Part shown: positions 38,327 through 52,768 of the stretch, piece after piece
Layout: each line of letters starts with the position of its first letter
Numbering within the stretch: position 1 is the stretch's first letter
From: Octopus sinensis
Lineage: Eukaryota
Reading direction: 5' to 3'
DNA length: 64,000 nt
NCBI RefSeq assembly: GCF_006345805.1
Contig: NC_043001.1
Location: 50,406,001 to 50,470,000, forward strand
The notes under the pieces: generated by a model
What the model was told of the DNA's origin: nothing
Database searches by the model: none
What the model saw: the letters and a program-made list of their open reading frames with translations, nothing else
Made by a program: the position numbers and the translations under genes

Positions 38327-39590
38327 CATTAGGTTGAGTGAAAAGTAAGTAACGTTTTGAACTATGAAGAATTTGTACCGGACTTTTGCGGAGTTTGGAG
38401 TATTTTTAAATATTTTTGTAATTGCCTAATAATACAGACATCGACTTACCCAAATGCATCGATAAATTAACATTGATGTTTTTTCGTCGTTGTTACAATC
38501 ATCTGAAATGGAACTGTCAAAGCGCGATATTCGAGCAATTTTGCTATTCAACTTCAAAAAAGGACGTAAAGCAAATGAAACTGCTCGCGATATCAACGAA
38601 ACGTTGGTGAGGAAATGACCAGTGAGTAGGCAGCTTGAATATGGTTTAAACGATTTCTTAGTGGAGACCTTGAAGATCGTGAGCGTAGTGGACGCCCATC
38701 TGTCATCGATGACGGTCAATTAAAGACTGTCATTGAGAAAGATCTACGTAAAACCACTCGAGAACTGCAAAAGATCTTCAAGTTAGCCAGAAAACTGCCT
38801 TCAACCATTTGCATGCGATCGTAAAATCAAAAACGCTCGACAAATGGGTACTACACGAATTGAATGAAAATCAGAAAATGCTCAAATATGACATTTGCTC
38901 CTCGCTTCTCTGTAATCAGACCAATCCATTTCTCGGCTGTATTGTAACTTGCGATGAAATGTGGATTCTGTACAATAATAAAAAACGTTCTTCGCAGTGG
39001 TTGGACCAAAATGTAGCACCGAAAACCTTCCCTAAACCTGAGCTCTTCAGAAAGAAGGTTATGGTGAATGTTTGGTGGTATATTGCTCGACTCATCCACT
39101 AAAACTTCTTAAAACCCAGAAAAACCATTACTGGAGAAACGTATTGCCATGAAATTGTCAAAATGAACGAAAAACTGCTACTCCTCCGTCCCAAACTGAT
39201 CAACAGAAGAAGGCCAATCATTCTTCATGACAATGCTCGACTACATGTTTCACTAATGACGCTCCAGAAGTTGAGAAAACTTGGTTACGAAGTTCTTTCC
39301 CACCCAGCTTATTTCCCAGACCTTTCTCCTACCGACTACCACTTTTTCAAGCCCCTTGATGGTTTCCCGCGAGAGTCGGAGTTCAAAAATCAAACCGAAA
39401 GTGCGTCCAAAGCGTTCATCGGCTCCAGAACTCCAGATTTTTTTTATGTTACTGGAATAAACAAACTTTTAACTAGCTGGCAAAACTGTGCTGATTGTAA
39501 TGTTACTTTGATGAATAAAATTTCCGCATTGTTGAAATAGTTTACGATAAATTTCCTGTTTTAAAACATTGCTTACTTTTTATATAATAA
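38327..39590 (+). mobile_element. Near full-length mariner (DD34D) transposon, pseudogenised
   Basis: Left terminus TA|CATTAGGTTGAGTGAAAAGTAAGTAACG; MELSKRDIRAILLFNFKKG, IVTCDEMWILY, HDNAR and PAYFPDLSPTDYHFF; degenerate right TIR. Confidence 0.95.
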
Positions 39591-40095
39591 TAAAAAAATA
39601 TATAATAATAATAATAATAAATGCCCTGACCGAGGCGGTCAGGGATGATGGTGATAGTAAGTGATGTGAAAGACAATGGTGGTGGAGTCAGAAGTCTGAA
39701 TGGTGTGTGTATGGCAGTTGTGGCGGCGATGGTCGTGGTACTGGTGATGGTGATGGTTGAAAACAATCAACAGAAAGAGAGAGAAAGAAAGAGATTAGAC
39801 AGAAAAAAGAAATTGTATGGGAAGATAAAACATGTTGTTTATCATGTAGCTTTGCAATAAGTTTCAAGTCGACATATTATATCATAGTTTCGATGAAAAT
39901 TATTCATTGTTTGAAAGATATTGGTCAAGTTTAATAAAATTTAATATGTATTTAATGCATGAAGTGTCATTGTTGGGCCCAAGACCCAATGAAGAGCCTT
40001 CCACATGAGCTAGCTTAAAAGCCGCCCTATATATATATACAACACTTGTTATACATGTGCCCACAATGAGTATAAAAATCTTAAGAGATACTTAC

Positions 40096-40164
40096 AGAAA
40101 GTACAATGTACGCATCCCCTGTATAAAAACTGCTGGTCGTTTCTTGTTTCACTACTTTCATTTT
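40096..40164 (-). CDS. Gelsolin/villin-family protein, coding exon 2 (KMKVVKQETTSSFYTGDAYIVLS)
   Basis: ttattacag|AAAATG...CTTTCT|gtaagt; 69 nt, phase 0-0; FYTGDAYIVL motif. Confidence 0.93.
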
Positions 40165-40333
40165 CTGTAATAATAAAAAGAATGCTATGAATTACATATA
40201 ATCACAGAAATTAAATTTTCTTAAGTGTATACCAGGCCCCCAATTTTTTTTTTTTTAACTAGGTCGATTTTTAAAAAAATCTTATACATACGTATAATGA
40301 TGATTATTATTATTATTACATTTGTACATCTAA

Positions 40334-40928
40334 GGCGGCGAGCTGGCAGAATCGTTAGCACACCAGACGAAATGCTTAGCGGTATTTCGCCTGCCGCTAC
40401 GTTCTGAGTTCAAATTCCGCCGAGGTCGACTTTGCCTTTCATCCTTTCGGGGTCGATTAAATAAGTACCAGTTACGCACTGGGGTCGATATAATCGACTT
40501 AATCCGTTTGTCTTCTGTGTTTAGCCCCTTGTGGGTAGTAAAGAAATGGGTATTTCGCCTGCTACTACGTTCTAAGTTCAAATTCCGCCTAGGTCGATTT
40601 TGTCTTTCATCTCTTCAGAGTCGATAAATTAAGTACCATTCAAATACTGGGATCGATGTAATTGACTAGTTCCTTCCCCCAAATTTCAGGCCGTGTGCCT
40701 ATCGTAGAAAGGATTATTAAATTTGTACATCGTTAGGACGCTGGGCGAAAAGCTTAGCGACATTTCGTCCGCCTTTACGTTCTGAGTTCAAATTCCGCCG
40801 GGGTCGACTTTGCCTTTCATCCTTTCATGGTCGATAAAATAAATACCAGTTGAGTACTGGAGTCGATGTAATTGAGTATCCATCTCCCCTAAAATTTCTG
40901 GCCTTATGCTTATCGTAGAAAGGACTAT
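40334..40928 (+). mobile_element. Cluster of SINE family B copies (head + Tx1-like tail + second body + further copy)
   Basis: Head at 40334, tail at ~40515-40547, body restarting at GGTATTTCG, and another copy from ~40730. Confidence 0.85.
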
Positions 40929-41339
40929 TACATTTGTACATCAGATAAAACCAATGATGGAAAAGTTCAAAAATGTTTCTACGCTTGTTTATTTTAGAGG
41001 TGAAAGTTTTCACGAGAATGTACCAAGCGTTTTCATGGGACCGAAAAGTTTTGGATTTTGGTGGAGGTGGGGTGGGGGGAACTCGCATCCCTTGCACCTC
41101 CTTTTCCGAAGCCAATGGATTTATAAAATCAAAAATGTAAAGATGTAATTATTTATAAAGAAGAACAACGTAATGACTTTTTCTCTTTTTGTTAGTTATT
41201 AGTGAAGGACAGTGTCCATAATCTTTTAGAGAGCCTCCGAAAATGTTGGGAAGGAAGGAGAGAGGAAGGTGTCTTCAAGCGTTTGCAAGGGGGAATCCGC
41301 TAGAGGCGCACAAAATTTCAAATTTACCACTCGTATCTT

Positions 41340-41679
41340 ATTGTTTCGGCTCTGAGTTCACATTCCACCGAGGTCGATTTTGCCTTTCATCCTTTTGGGG
41401 GTCGATAAGATAAAGTACTAGATGAACACTGGGGTCAATGTAACCGATTTTCATCCTCCCCTCAAAATTGCAGGTTTTGTGTGAGGTATTCTTTCTGCCT
41501 CTTGACGTTCTCAGTTCAAATTTTACCGAAGTCATCTTTGCCTTTCATTCTTTCGAGGATCGATAAAGTAAAGTACCAGACAACTACTGAGATCGATTTA
41601 ATCCACAAACCCCTCACCCCACTGAAATTACTGGACTTGTGCCAAAATTTGAAACAATTATTACGACTACTACTACTTC

Positions 41680-41721
<42 letters not shown>

Positions 41722-41733
41722 CAGCAGCAGTAG

Positions 41734-41767
<34 letters not shown>

Positions 41768-41990
41768 GTCAATATTATTGTTATTGTTATTAATATTGGT
41801 TTCAAACTTTGGCACAAGGCCAGCAGTTTGTTGGGGGAAGGGATAAGTCTATTACATCGACCCCCAGTGCACAACTGGTTCCTATTATACTGACCCAGAA
41901 AGAATGAAAAGTAAAAACAACCTCGGCGGACTCAGAACATAAAGACAGACGAAATGCCGTTAAGCTAACTATTCTGCCAGCCTGCCGCTA
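41340..41990. mobile_element. Three degenerate SINE family B copies in alternating orientation around CTA/GTA/CAT microsatellites
   Basis: Body motif GTCGATTTTGCCTTTCATCC and tail GTGCCAAAATTTGAAAC are present on both strands. Confidence 0.65.
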
Positions 41991-42031
<41 letters not shown>

Positions 42032-42599
42032 GTTCTGCTACTACTGCTTGTGTTGTTGTTCTTGTTTTAGGTAACAACAATAGCAAGAACCACACACACT
42101 GAAAATGTTCTTCAGTATTAAAGTCAACAAAAAAAATTCATTCCTTACAGTATTAAGGCCCTAGCGAAAAGGGCACAACTCCAATATTTGAATTAAGTGA
42201 ACGCCTTAGAAAATTCAATGTTGGCATGAAGTTAGGTACTCGCTTTAATTATTCACAACGACGCACACAACTCCGGCTGTAGTTGAGACTCTGAAATTGT
42301 TACACAACGCCAAACATCAGCAACAAGAGATATGTAGAAATGGAATCAATAAACATAAACAGCCAGGCGTGACAACTTCCAAGAATGTCTGTGTGAATTT
42401 AGTTTCAGTTCAATGGTAATACGTCTGTTGAAAAAAACTCATAGATCTCATTGTAAGGGCACAGATAGATACACAGTTTCTTTATTACCCAGGACGGGCT
42501 GACAGATAGATACACATGTATCTGACGGCAGAACTGGCAACAACGGCAAGCATCTTGTCTCGTCTGGTATCTCAGGGAGATACCAATCTGAAATGTTCG

Positions 42600-43215
<616 letters not shown>

Positions 43216-43660
43216 CAGTGAACAGCCAATATGTTTTGGTAAGAGTATTATATTCGATTCTATGAAAACCGCTCGGCATTATTGAAGCTATAAAACTTCC
43301 GGAAAGTGATGAGTAGGGCTGAACAACAAAATAAGGGTTGGCCATAGTTTTCTTTTTCAGATTTCAGAGGAGTCTTATGGAACTGAAGTCATGGGTCTCC
43401 TTGGAAAAGTACTATCTCGTGATAAAACAATCAACCTTGCAACGAAAAGGCAACAGCGGTCGTTCAATAAATAGGAAATGACCCACTTTAAACTTGTTTA
43501 AAGAAGAGCGAGAAAGCATTAAGCGAGAGAGAGAGGTTGGTTAGAGTAGAAGGAGAGAGGGGACATCACACCAGCTGTTGAATATACTTTACTAACTACC
43601 ATTGTGGGACAGACTGTGTATCTATTGATTCTTTCTGAACTTGATATATATCTATATATA

Positions 43661-43701
<41 letters not shown>

Positions 43702-43702
43702 C

Positions 43703-43774
<72 letters not shown>

Positions 43775-43882
43775 ATATATATGTATTTTGATGTATATAA
43801 GTACATATACATATAAGCGTGTGTGTGTGCTGTGCGTATGTATGTGTGCGAGTGTGAGTATGTGTGTGTGTGTGGTGTGTGT

Positions 43883-43920
<38 letters not shown>

Positions 43921-44404
43921 GTTAGACCGTGTACAATAGGAACAGCTTTCCTTTCAAAAATGCTATATTAAAGACACGGTTATGTTCGAACTTAATTTTT
44001 TAAGAACTTTTCGTATTATCTTATTAGTCTTATACGTTTAGTTTGGAAAACAGCGTTCCCAAATCATTACGATCCACAATCGTTTCCCAGCATTGCCGGG
44101 TCCACCATCAGAATAAAATAATAATAACGTGTTGCTCGCATTCACAACTCCATTACCTACAACAATATTCCCATTATCCTTTACAGACTATTGCAAACAC
44201 GGGAACAGAATGCCACATGTGCCATCATTGCATTTTTAGGAAGTGAACATATAGATTTATGTCAGCACTTCAAGTTGTAGACCAAGAGTGTGTGTGCGTA
44301 TCATACTAGTTAAGCACAAGGGTCGGTGAAATCAATTTAGCTTCTCCCCGAACTTGCTGGGTTTGTGCTAATATTTGAAACCACCATTATTATTATTATT
44401 ATTA

Positions 44405-44436
<32 letters not shown>

Positions 44437-44993
44437 GAGTGAGAGAGCAGTGCATGCCATCAAAGTGACACTGGGATAAAATATACGAAGCCCAGTATAC
44501 CCATCATGACTACCCGCCTGATAAGAGTACACTAGGCACATGCATCACAACCATATGTGCGCGACATTGTAACCTCATATCAAGATAAACCGCACATGAT
44601 CTTGCAAGTGGGGCCCAGTTACAATTTTCTTCTGGTCGAGTAACCCATCCTGCTCAAAAGGTCCCTGAATAAGGGTTGTTTAGGGATGTTGAACGAAACA
44701 CCCATGTTTCCAGAGGTGAATTATTCAAACCCCAAAATATCCCTCTCAACACTATGCTATGATGCTCTCCCACTACTCTTGCTCATGATCAGAGATACAT
44801 ATATTGTCAGATACTAAGGGACATGCTCAACTGGTTAAAGTCAAACAACTGACAAGCAAATCTGTGGTATTGAGCAGAATATTTGCTGTAGCCCATATTT
44901 TATACCAAGACAAAACAATGTACATGATAACACTTCCAATCAGTTATGATCAGAAGCCACGAGAGCCACTGCTTGGTACTGCATCAGGGCATT
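44437..44993. mobile_element. Non-coding interspersed element bounded by (ATT)n on both sides
   Basis: Sharp-edged, GC-richer block; its terminal AATAATAAATGCCCTGA recurs at 39613-39629. Family unassigned. Confidence 0.45.
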
Positions 44994-45010
44994 TATTATT
45001 ATTTTTATTG

Positions 45011-45051
<41 letters not shown>

Positions 45052-45055
<4 letters not shown>

Positions 45056-46410
45056 CTTCCTTCTTCAAATTTTCTTCCGTTTCTCGCCGTGTGTTTTCCG
45101 TACACCTAGGGCAGGGAAGCTCATTGTATGCATTCCCAGATTACACACGCAAATTCACAGGTAAAATATGTATTTAAAAAATTAATGAATAAATAAATTC
45201 ATGAATGGATGTTGTTTTCACAGCGATAATGCTCTTCTCAGTACATGAGCTGTTCCAGTCAACACGATTTTTTGCACTTCCTGTAGGGATAGTAAGCCTG
45301 GTATCATTTTCAAATAGGTTTCAGTACCTTTTTTTATCATTCCTAGAGATCCCGCAATCACTTGTACTGTAGTCACCCTGAGATGCCACATTTTTTCAAT
45401 TTCCATTAGTAAGTCCTTATATTTACTAATCTTGTCAAATTCTTTCGTCGCTATATTGTGATCGCAAGGAATACTCATGTCAATTAACAAACACATCCCC
45501 TTTGTCTGATCTTTTATGATAATATCCGGTTTATTAGCTTTTATAGTTCTGTCGGTATGTACGGGGAAGTCCCACAGAATCGACACATTTTCTCCCTCAG
45601 TCACAGCTTCAGGATGGTGTTTATACCATTTGTCAGCGGTTTTGATTTTATAATGCCGACATATTGCCCAGTGTAAATATTGGCCGACTCTGTCATGTCT
45701 TGCTTTATATTCCACAGGTGCTAAGACTCTACACCCTGAGATTAGGTGGTCTATTGTTTCAATCTCATTGTTACAGAATCGGCATTTTGGGTCAGCTCCA
45801 TTTTTTATCACATTGGCTTGGTAGTTCCGGGTTAATAAGCATTGGTCTTGAGCAGCTAATATGAAACCTTTACTCTCCGCTTTTAGCCCTGAGCTTCGTA
45901 ACCATTGGTGCGTGTGTCGACATCAGCTCGTTTGCTATGGGCCACATACTTGCCATGCAAAGGTTTCTGTTCCCATCTGCTAGCTAATTTTTCACGCGCT
46001 TTTGTCTTTGCAATCAATTTTATTTTCTTTGCAGCAGCAGTTGGCACATTTCCTTCAGCCTGATCGATCTGGTAGGTATCTAAGAGATCAGTAGCGAAAT
46101 TTTACTCTCTTTCAGAATAGAGTGAAGTTTTTTTCGGTCTTTCATGTTTTTCAACAAATTTTAGCATCCAATCATTGGTTGCTTCAAGGTATTTGGCCAG
46201 TCCGATTGTGGTGGTTTTGTACGTAAGTTCAAGCTGGATCAAACCTCGTCCTCCCTGAGCTCTGGGAAGGTAAAGACGATCCACGTCTGCCTTTGGATGG
46301 TGCATCTTATTACAAGTCAGTAGCTTGCGGATTTTTCTGTCAATTTTCATTATTTCACTGGTATTCCAGTTAAGCACATTGAAGCTATAAAGAACAACTG
46401 GGACTGCTGA
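45052..46410 (-). mobile_element. R4/Dong-type LINE, 5'-truncated
   Basis: LYLPRAQGGRGL, AAQDQ, CRFC..ETIDHLISGC, RHDR, NKPDII, IDMSIPCD, KISKYKDL; (AAT)n at both ends. Confidence 0.93.
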
Positions 46411-46428
46411 GGAATTGCTAAGGAATTA

Positions 46429-46471
<43 letters not shown>

Positions 46472-46628
46472 ACATCTGCTAGATTGAAGCAAATTTCTAC
46501 TGCATCACCTGCTACACCTCCGTGTTGCTGGGTTGTGTGCAGCATTGTGATTTTTTGTTTCTCCTTCCATGTTGTTTCTTTGTATGTGTGTATGTGTGCG
46601 GCGTGCGGGCGTGCGTGCGTGCGTGCGT

Positions 46629-46695
<67 letters not shown>

Positions 46696-46782
46696 CTTTT
46701 CCTCTGAGTTTGTCTGAGTTTGACAGTTTCAATGACACCGGCCTTCTTCACATATTTCGACAATGGTTCCACGGTATTTTTT

Positions 46783-46819
<37 letters not shown>

Positions 46820-46832
<13 letters not shown>

Positions 46833-47215
46833 AATTAGAGAAGAACGACCATGTAGCAATTCAACAATGAACTAACAATGATATAATTAAATTATACCAT
46901 ATAGAAAAAAAATTAAATATACGAAAAAACATACCAATAATTAAGTAAAGTACAAAATAAATAAATAGTATATGATTGGTAATAGTCTTTTTACCAATTA
47001 TATAATATTTATTTATTATTCTGTACTTTACTTAATCATTGGTATATGTTTTATCGTATTTTTAATTTTTTCTATATGGTATAATTTAATTATATCATTG
47101 TTAATTCATTGCTGAATTGATAAAAGGTGGTTCTTCTCTAATTTATATACACATATATATTGTGAAATTTGATTTAGTATTACTGTAAGTTTAGAAAAAT
47201 ATTCCCTAATATTAT
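46820..47215. repeat. AT-rich foldback element related to 27820-28545
   Basis: Arms AATTAGAGAAGAAC...; centre ATTGGTAATAGTCTTTTTACCAAT; shares the TATTCCCTAATATT subterminal motif with 29990-30060. Confidence 0.75.
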
Positions 47216-47241
47216 TATTATTATTACTATTATTATTATTC

Positions 47242-49080
47242 AGTAGTATATTTTTTATATCGTGCTTTCACTTCACTACCGAGCGCAGCTCTGTATGCCT
47301 TGGGTATGTGCTGTGATTTGTTGTGATGCTCTGATGGTTATTGTATGGAAAGTGTTCTGCGTAGGATGTGTGCAGTGCCTAATAGTGCAATGTTCTGTAT
47401 GTTATATGTGTTTGTAAGTCCTGGTGTTTTTGTTATGTATTTGTCTCAATATTTTTTTTATCATGCTTAATGCACCTATTATGATAGGAATTGCTTCTGC
47501 TTTTAGATTACCACATTCTGGTTACCTCTATTTCCAGGTCTTTGTGTTTTGAGAGTTTCTCCATTTCTTTTAGAGACACGTTGTCATCCGCTGGCATTGA
47601 TACATCAATTAGAAAACATTTTTTTCTTCGTGATCTCTGACAACTATATCTGGTCTGTTGGCCTTAATTTCTCTATCTGTGTGTATTGGCATATCCCAGA
47701 GTATGGTTCCTTTCTCGTTTTCTGTGACCTTCTTTTTTCTGTTGTTATTCCATAATGTTGGCATAGTTCCCAGTGTATATAGGTCCCAACTCTGTCGTGC
47801 CTGTGAATATATTCCTTCTTAGCCAGGACTGGACAGCTAGAGATAATATGATTTATTGTTTCTTGTCCATCTCCACATATTCTGCAGTTACTTGTTATAT
47901 TTCTTTTCATTACATGTTTTGGTAATTTCTGGTTGGGAGGCTTTGGTCTTGTGCTGCAATTAAAAATCCTTCTGTCTCTGCTTTGAGTCCTGAGCTTCTC
48001 AACCATTGTTGGGATTTTTCTTTGTCTATTTCTTTTGCATTAGTTTAGTCCAGTATTTGCCATGAAGGGGCTTTTTCTGCCATCGTTTTATCATGTTCGT
48101 TGCTTTTCTATTTTAGTTTGGATTTCATTTGTTTTATAGCTTTTGTTGTTTCTTCTTCTTCTTCTTCTTCATATTTGTTAGGTGGTATGATTTCTTGTTT
48201 GTATTTGTCAGCTTCCTTAAATACTGAGAACAGTTTTTTGTTTTGCTCGTGTTTTGCCGCTATTTGTATCAGTTTTCCTTCCTTCTGAAGTAGATATTTT
48301 TGCAGTCTTATGGTGGTTATTTTATAGTAGTTTTCTAGCTGTATAAGGCCTCTATCACCATCTATACGTTGTATATATAGCCTTTCTATGTCAGATTTTG
48401 GGTGATGCATCCTAGATCCTGTCATTATTTTTCTTGTTTTCCTATCTATTTTGGACAGTTCATTTAATGTCCAGTTAAGGATATTGTAGCTGTAACTTAT
48501 AACTGGGACGGCTAAAGTGTTGATACCTATTATCTTGTTTTTAGCATTGAGCTCTGTTTTCAGTATTGATCTAACTCGTCTATAATATTCTTTTTTTATT
48601 TTCTCTTTCATTTGGGTGTGTTGTGTCTTATCTAGTTCATGGATTCCTAAGTATTTTAATTTGGCTTTGGTCTAATTCTTTTATTCCATTGGTTTTATCT
48701 AGTGTGATGTTGCTACTCCTTAATTATTAGTTTTCCTCTTTTCAGGTTTACTTTGGCGCATTTCTCTAATCCAAATTTCATATCTATTTCTTTGGTAAAT
48801 CCATAAACTGTAGTGTTTCCAGCTGTTTGTCATTTGTAGTATAGTTTTAGGTCATCCATATATAAAAGGCGGCTGATCTTTTTGCCGTAAACATTTATAT
48901 CCGCATCCAGTTCTGTTTAGCATATCCGATAGAGGGGACAGTGCCAAGCAGAAAAGGAGTGGAGAGAGCGTATCTCCCGGGAATATTCCTCTTCTAATGG
49001 GGATGGCTTTGGTCTTCACAAGTCTCTTTTGTTGGAGCTGTAGCACTGTTGCCATTTATTCATCTAGAGTGTGTAGCACC
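47242..49080 (-). mobile_element. R4/Dong-type LINE, 5'-truncated within RT
   Basis: IRRGIFPGDTLSPLLFCLAL, LYMDDLKLY, CRIC..ETINHIISSC, RHDRVG and GTAHILRRTL; frameshifted; (AAT)n at both ends. Confidence 0.93.
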
Positions 49081-49084
49081 TGTT

Positions 49085-49414
49085 TATTATTATTATCATT
49101 ATTATATATACATACATTATATATATGTTATATATATATTATATATATATATGTATTAGATTATATATGATAGGTATATAATAATATTATGTATATATAT
49201 ATATTATGATATATATATATATATGTGTGATATATTATATATGTATATATATATATGTATATATATTTATATATATATGTATATTATATGTATATATATT
49301 TATATATATATGTATATATATTTATATATATATGTATATATATGTATATATATTTATATATATATGTATTATATATATGTATATATATATATATGTATGT
49401 ATATATATTATATA

Positions 49415-49469
<55 letters not shown>

Positions 49470-49892
49470 GTATATATATTATATTATTATATATATATAT
49501 AGGATATATAGTTATATATATATATAGATATATATTTTTAATATATAATATATATGTATGTATAATATTATATATATATATTATATATATATATATATAT
49601 AGTATGTATATATTATATTATATGTATGTATATAGATATATATACTATAGGTATATGTATATATATATAATATAATATTATATATATATATATATATGTA
49701 TGTATATATATATATATATAATATATATTATATATATATGTATGTATATATTATTATATAATATATATATATATATGTATATATATATTTATATATATGG
49801 ATATCTATATATAGATATGATATATATATGATATATATATATATATGTAATATATATATATATATAATATCTTATATATATATATATGTATG

Positions 49893-49925
<33 letters not shown>

Positions 49926-49996
49926 ATATATGTATTTATATATATATATATATATAATATATATATATATATATTATATATATATATATATATATA

Positions 49997-50037
<41 letters not shown>

Positions 50038-50234
50038 ATAATATGGTATATATATCTATATATATATATATATATATATAGATATATATATATGTATATA
50101 TATATTATATATATATATATAGTATATATATATGTATATATATATATATGTATACTATATTATATCTGTATATATATATGTATATATATATAATGTATAT
50201 ATATATATAGTATTATATCTCATATGCTATATAC

Positions 50235-50280
<46 letters not shown>

Positions 50281-50337
50281 TGTATTAATATTATATATTA
50301 TTATATATATATAATATGTATATATATATATATAATG

Positions 50338-50389
<52 letters not shown>

Positions 50390-50413
50390 GTATATATATA
50401 TAATATATATATG

Positions 50414-50447
<34 letters not shown>

Positions 50448-50449
50448 GG

Positions 50450-50482
<33 letters not shown>

Positions 50483-50621
50483 GTATACTATATATATATA
50501 TATATGTATATATATATAATATATGTTATATATATATGTATATAATATATATATATAAGTATATGTATATATATCATATATATATATATATATATTATAT
50601 AATATCCCATATATATAATAC

Positions 50622-50660
<39 letters not shown>

Positions 50661-50692
50661 GGTAATATATATATATGTATAGCTATATATAT

Positions 50693-50738
<46 letters not shown>

Positions 50739-50820
50739 ATATGTATGTATGTATGTATGTATGTATATGTGTGTATGTATGTAATGTATGTATGTATTTA
50801 TGTATATATATATATATATA
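49085..50820. repeat. ~1.7-kb degenerate (TA)n microsatellite
   Basis: Direct reading. Confidence 0.97.
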
Positions 50821-50825
50821 TCATA

Positions 50826-51034
50826 AGTAAAACCCTCGCCATATCGCAGTTCACCTATCGCGCACTCAATACCTCGCGGATTTTTCTGGCTGATATATGT
50901 AAATTTATATCGCGGAATCCTCAGTATATCATGGGTATCTCGGGCCGATAGGTATTTATGTTTTTTTTTAAATCTTAATTATTTCTTGTGGGAGTTTTTG
51001 AAATGTAACACCCGCGATAGTCGAGGGATTACTA
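50826..51034. mobile_element. pogo/Tigger-like MITE
   Basis: TIRs AGTAAAACCCTCGCCATATCGC / GCGATAGTCGAGGGATTACT; TA flanks. Confidence 0.7.
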
Positions 51035-51130
51035 TATATATATATATATATATATATATCTATATTATATAATATATATATAATATATATAATTAGTATA
51101 TATATATATATATAGATATATATATATATA

Positions 51131-51336
51131 TTAGTGAATGGAAGAAATGGAGTTGAACGAAGATCGTACAGAATTCCTTTTATTACATTCTACACATGTT
51201 TCAAAGGCCACAATTTTCTAAATTCTGATTAAATAAGGATACCATATTGCAGCTTTGTGGCCTTGGAAACATGTGTAGAATGTAATAAAAGGAATTCTGT
51301 ACAATCTTCGTTCAACTCCATTCTTCCATTCACTAA
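51131..51336. mobile_element. Foldback element with half-hammerhead motifs in both arms
   Basis: Arms TTAGTGAATGGAAG...; each has GAAAC(ATGT)GTA^GAATG, but there is no intact CTGANGA. Confidence 0.75.
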
Positions 51337-51485
51337 TTATATTAAACTTCAATTATCCGCGCCACGCACGGTTGTAACACCATATGGTCATGTCTCCAAC
51401 GTGTTTTTTTGCTGTGATTTTTGCTACCCAGGTATCGGTTAAACTTTTGAGTAATCCGTAACAAGATAATTCATCGTCTCCATTT

Positions 51486-51563
<78 letters not shown>

Positions 51564-51648
51564 TATATAATATATTATATAAAACGGCGGTGCATTAGCA
51601 TGGCCACAGCTCTGAGCTGAAACTTTAAAAATATATATATACATATAT

Positions 51649-52233
51649 ACTAGCAGTATAGTCCGGCTTTGCTCAGGATTAAGTTAGGATTATTAAGCTA
51701 ATCAAGCTCTTTATTTCAAAGCAAACTAAGTAAGATCGACGTCAAATTTGAGTGAAATCCGTTGTAACTGGTAAACTTTTGGCTGAAATTTTGCAGACAA
51801 TTTGATTGGGAAATCCTATAAGGAATCGGTTTATCGATTCTTTCCACTCATCGATTGTTTTGTTTTTTGTTTTTTGTTTTTGGAGAACTTAAAGCATTCA
51901 AAGATCCCATGAGTTCTAAGTAATGTTGGCATCAAGTTTGAACAAAATACATAAAAATTGGTAGACGTTCTGGTTGAAAAGAGTCAGATCTCTCCTTTCG
52001 AAAACATGGACAGTTTCAAAACATTGTTTACAAAATAATAGCTGATCGTTTGCGAAAGAGCATGTCTACAGTCAACACGTAGGGCTTTTGCTCTAGTAAC
52101 CTCTGCTCTCTCCCATGTTCACGCACGACTAGCTATATATCGCTATGAGTAGAGCAACGGATTCAGCTAATTTGGAAATTAGTTGTGGAGAAACGGAGAA
52201 TATCGTTTATATTGTGTTTATATATATACGGGC

Positions 52234-52266
<33 letters not shown>

Positions 52267-52725
52267 TGCATACATGTGTTTTGTACGCATACATGATCGT
52301 GTGTGTGCGTGACTGAAGCCATTCACACATACATACATACATACATACATACATACATACATACATACATACATACATACATACATAACAACCCCTATCT
52401 GTCAATCACTCAGTAAAAAGACGAAATTTTAAAAATCTGTTATATCTCTCTCCCTCTCCCTCCCTCCCTCCCTCCCTCTCTTTACACCGTCGCTAGAAGG
52501 GGACTTAACTCATGTTTGTAAACAATGGTTGATTTCTCCGCCGTGAATATTGTTAAGTTATGGTCGAAAATTTATTTTTACTGCTATTCGCTGGTGCTTC
52601 GGGGGAAAATAATTTGACGAAAATACAGCTAGGAGCGTGACGAATGTCCTCCTAAAATTGGAGCGACATGTGTGCTAATTTGTGGACGTGCATAAATTAT
52701 ATTCCCGTACACACACACATCTTGC

Positions 52726-52735
<10 letters not shown>
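51649..52735 (+). mobile_element. Possible non-autonomous Helitron/Helentron-like element
   Basis: Starts ACTAGCAGTATAGTCCGGCTTTGCTCAGG and ends TTGCCTTTTATATA, with internal microsatellites. This recalls Lep1-like termini; assignment is from recall only. Confidence 0.3.

Positions 52736-52768
<33 letters not shown>

Noticed and set aside
49085-50820. Many YI/IY-repeat ORFs here and throughout the window (also CV/HT, LL and YL repeats)
   Set aside because: Translations of (TA)n, (CA)n, (ATT)n and (TAGA)n microsatellites.
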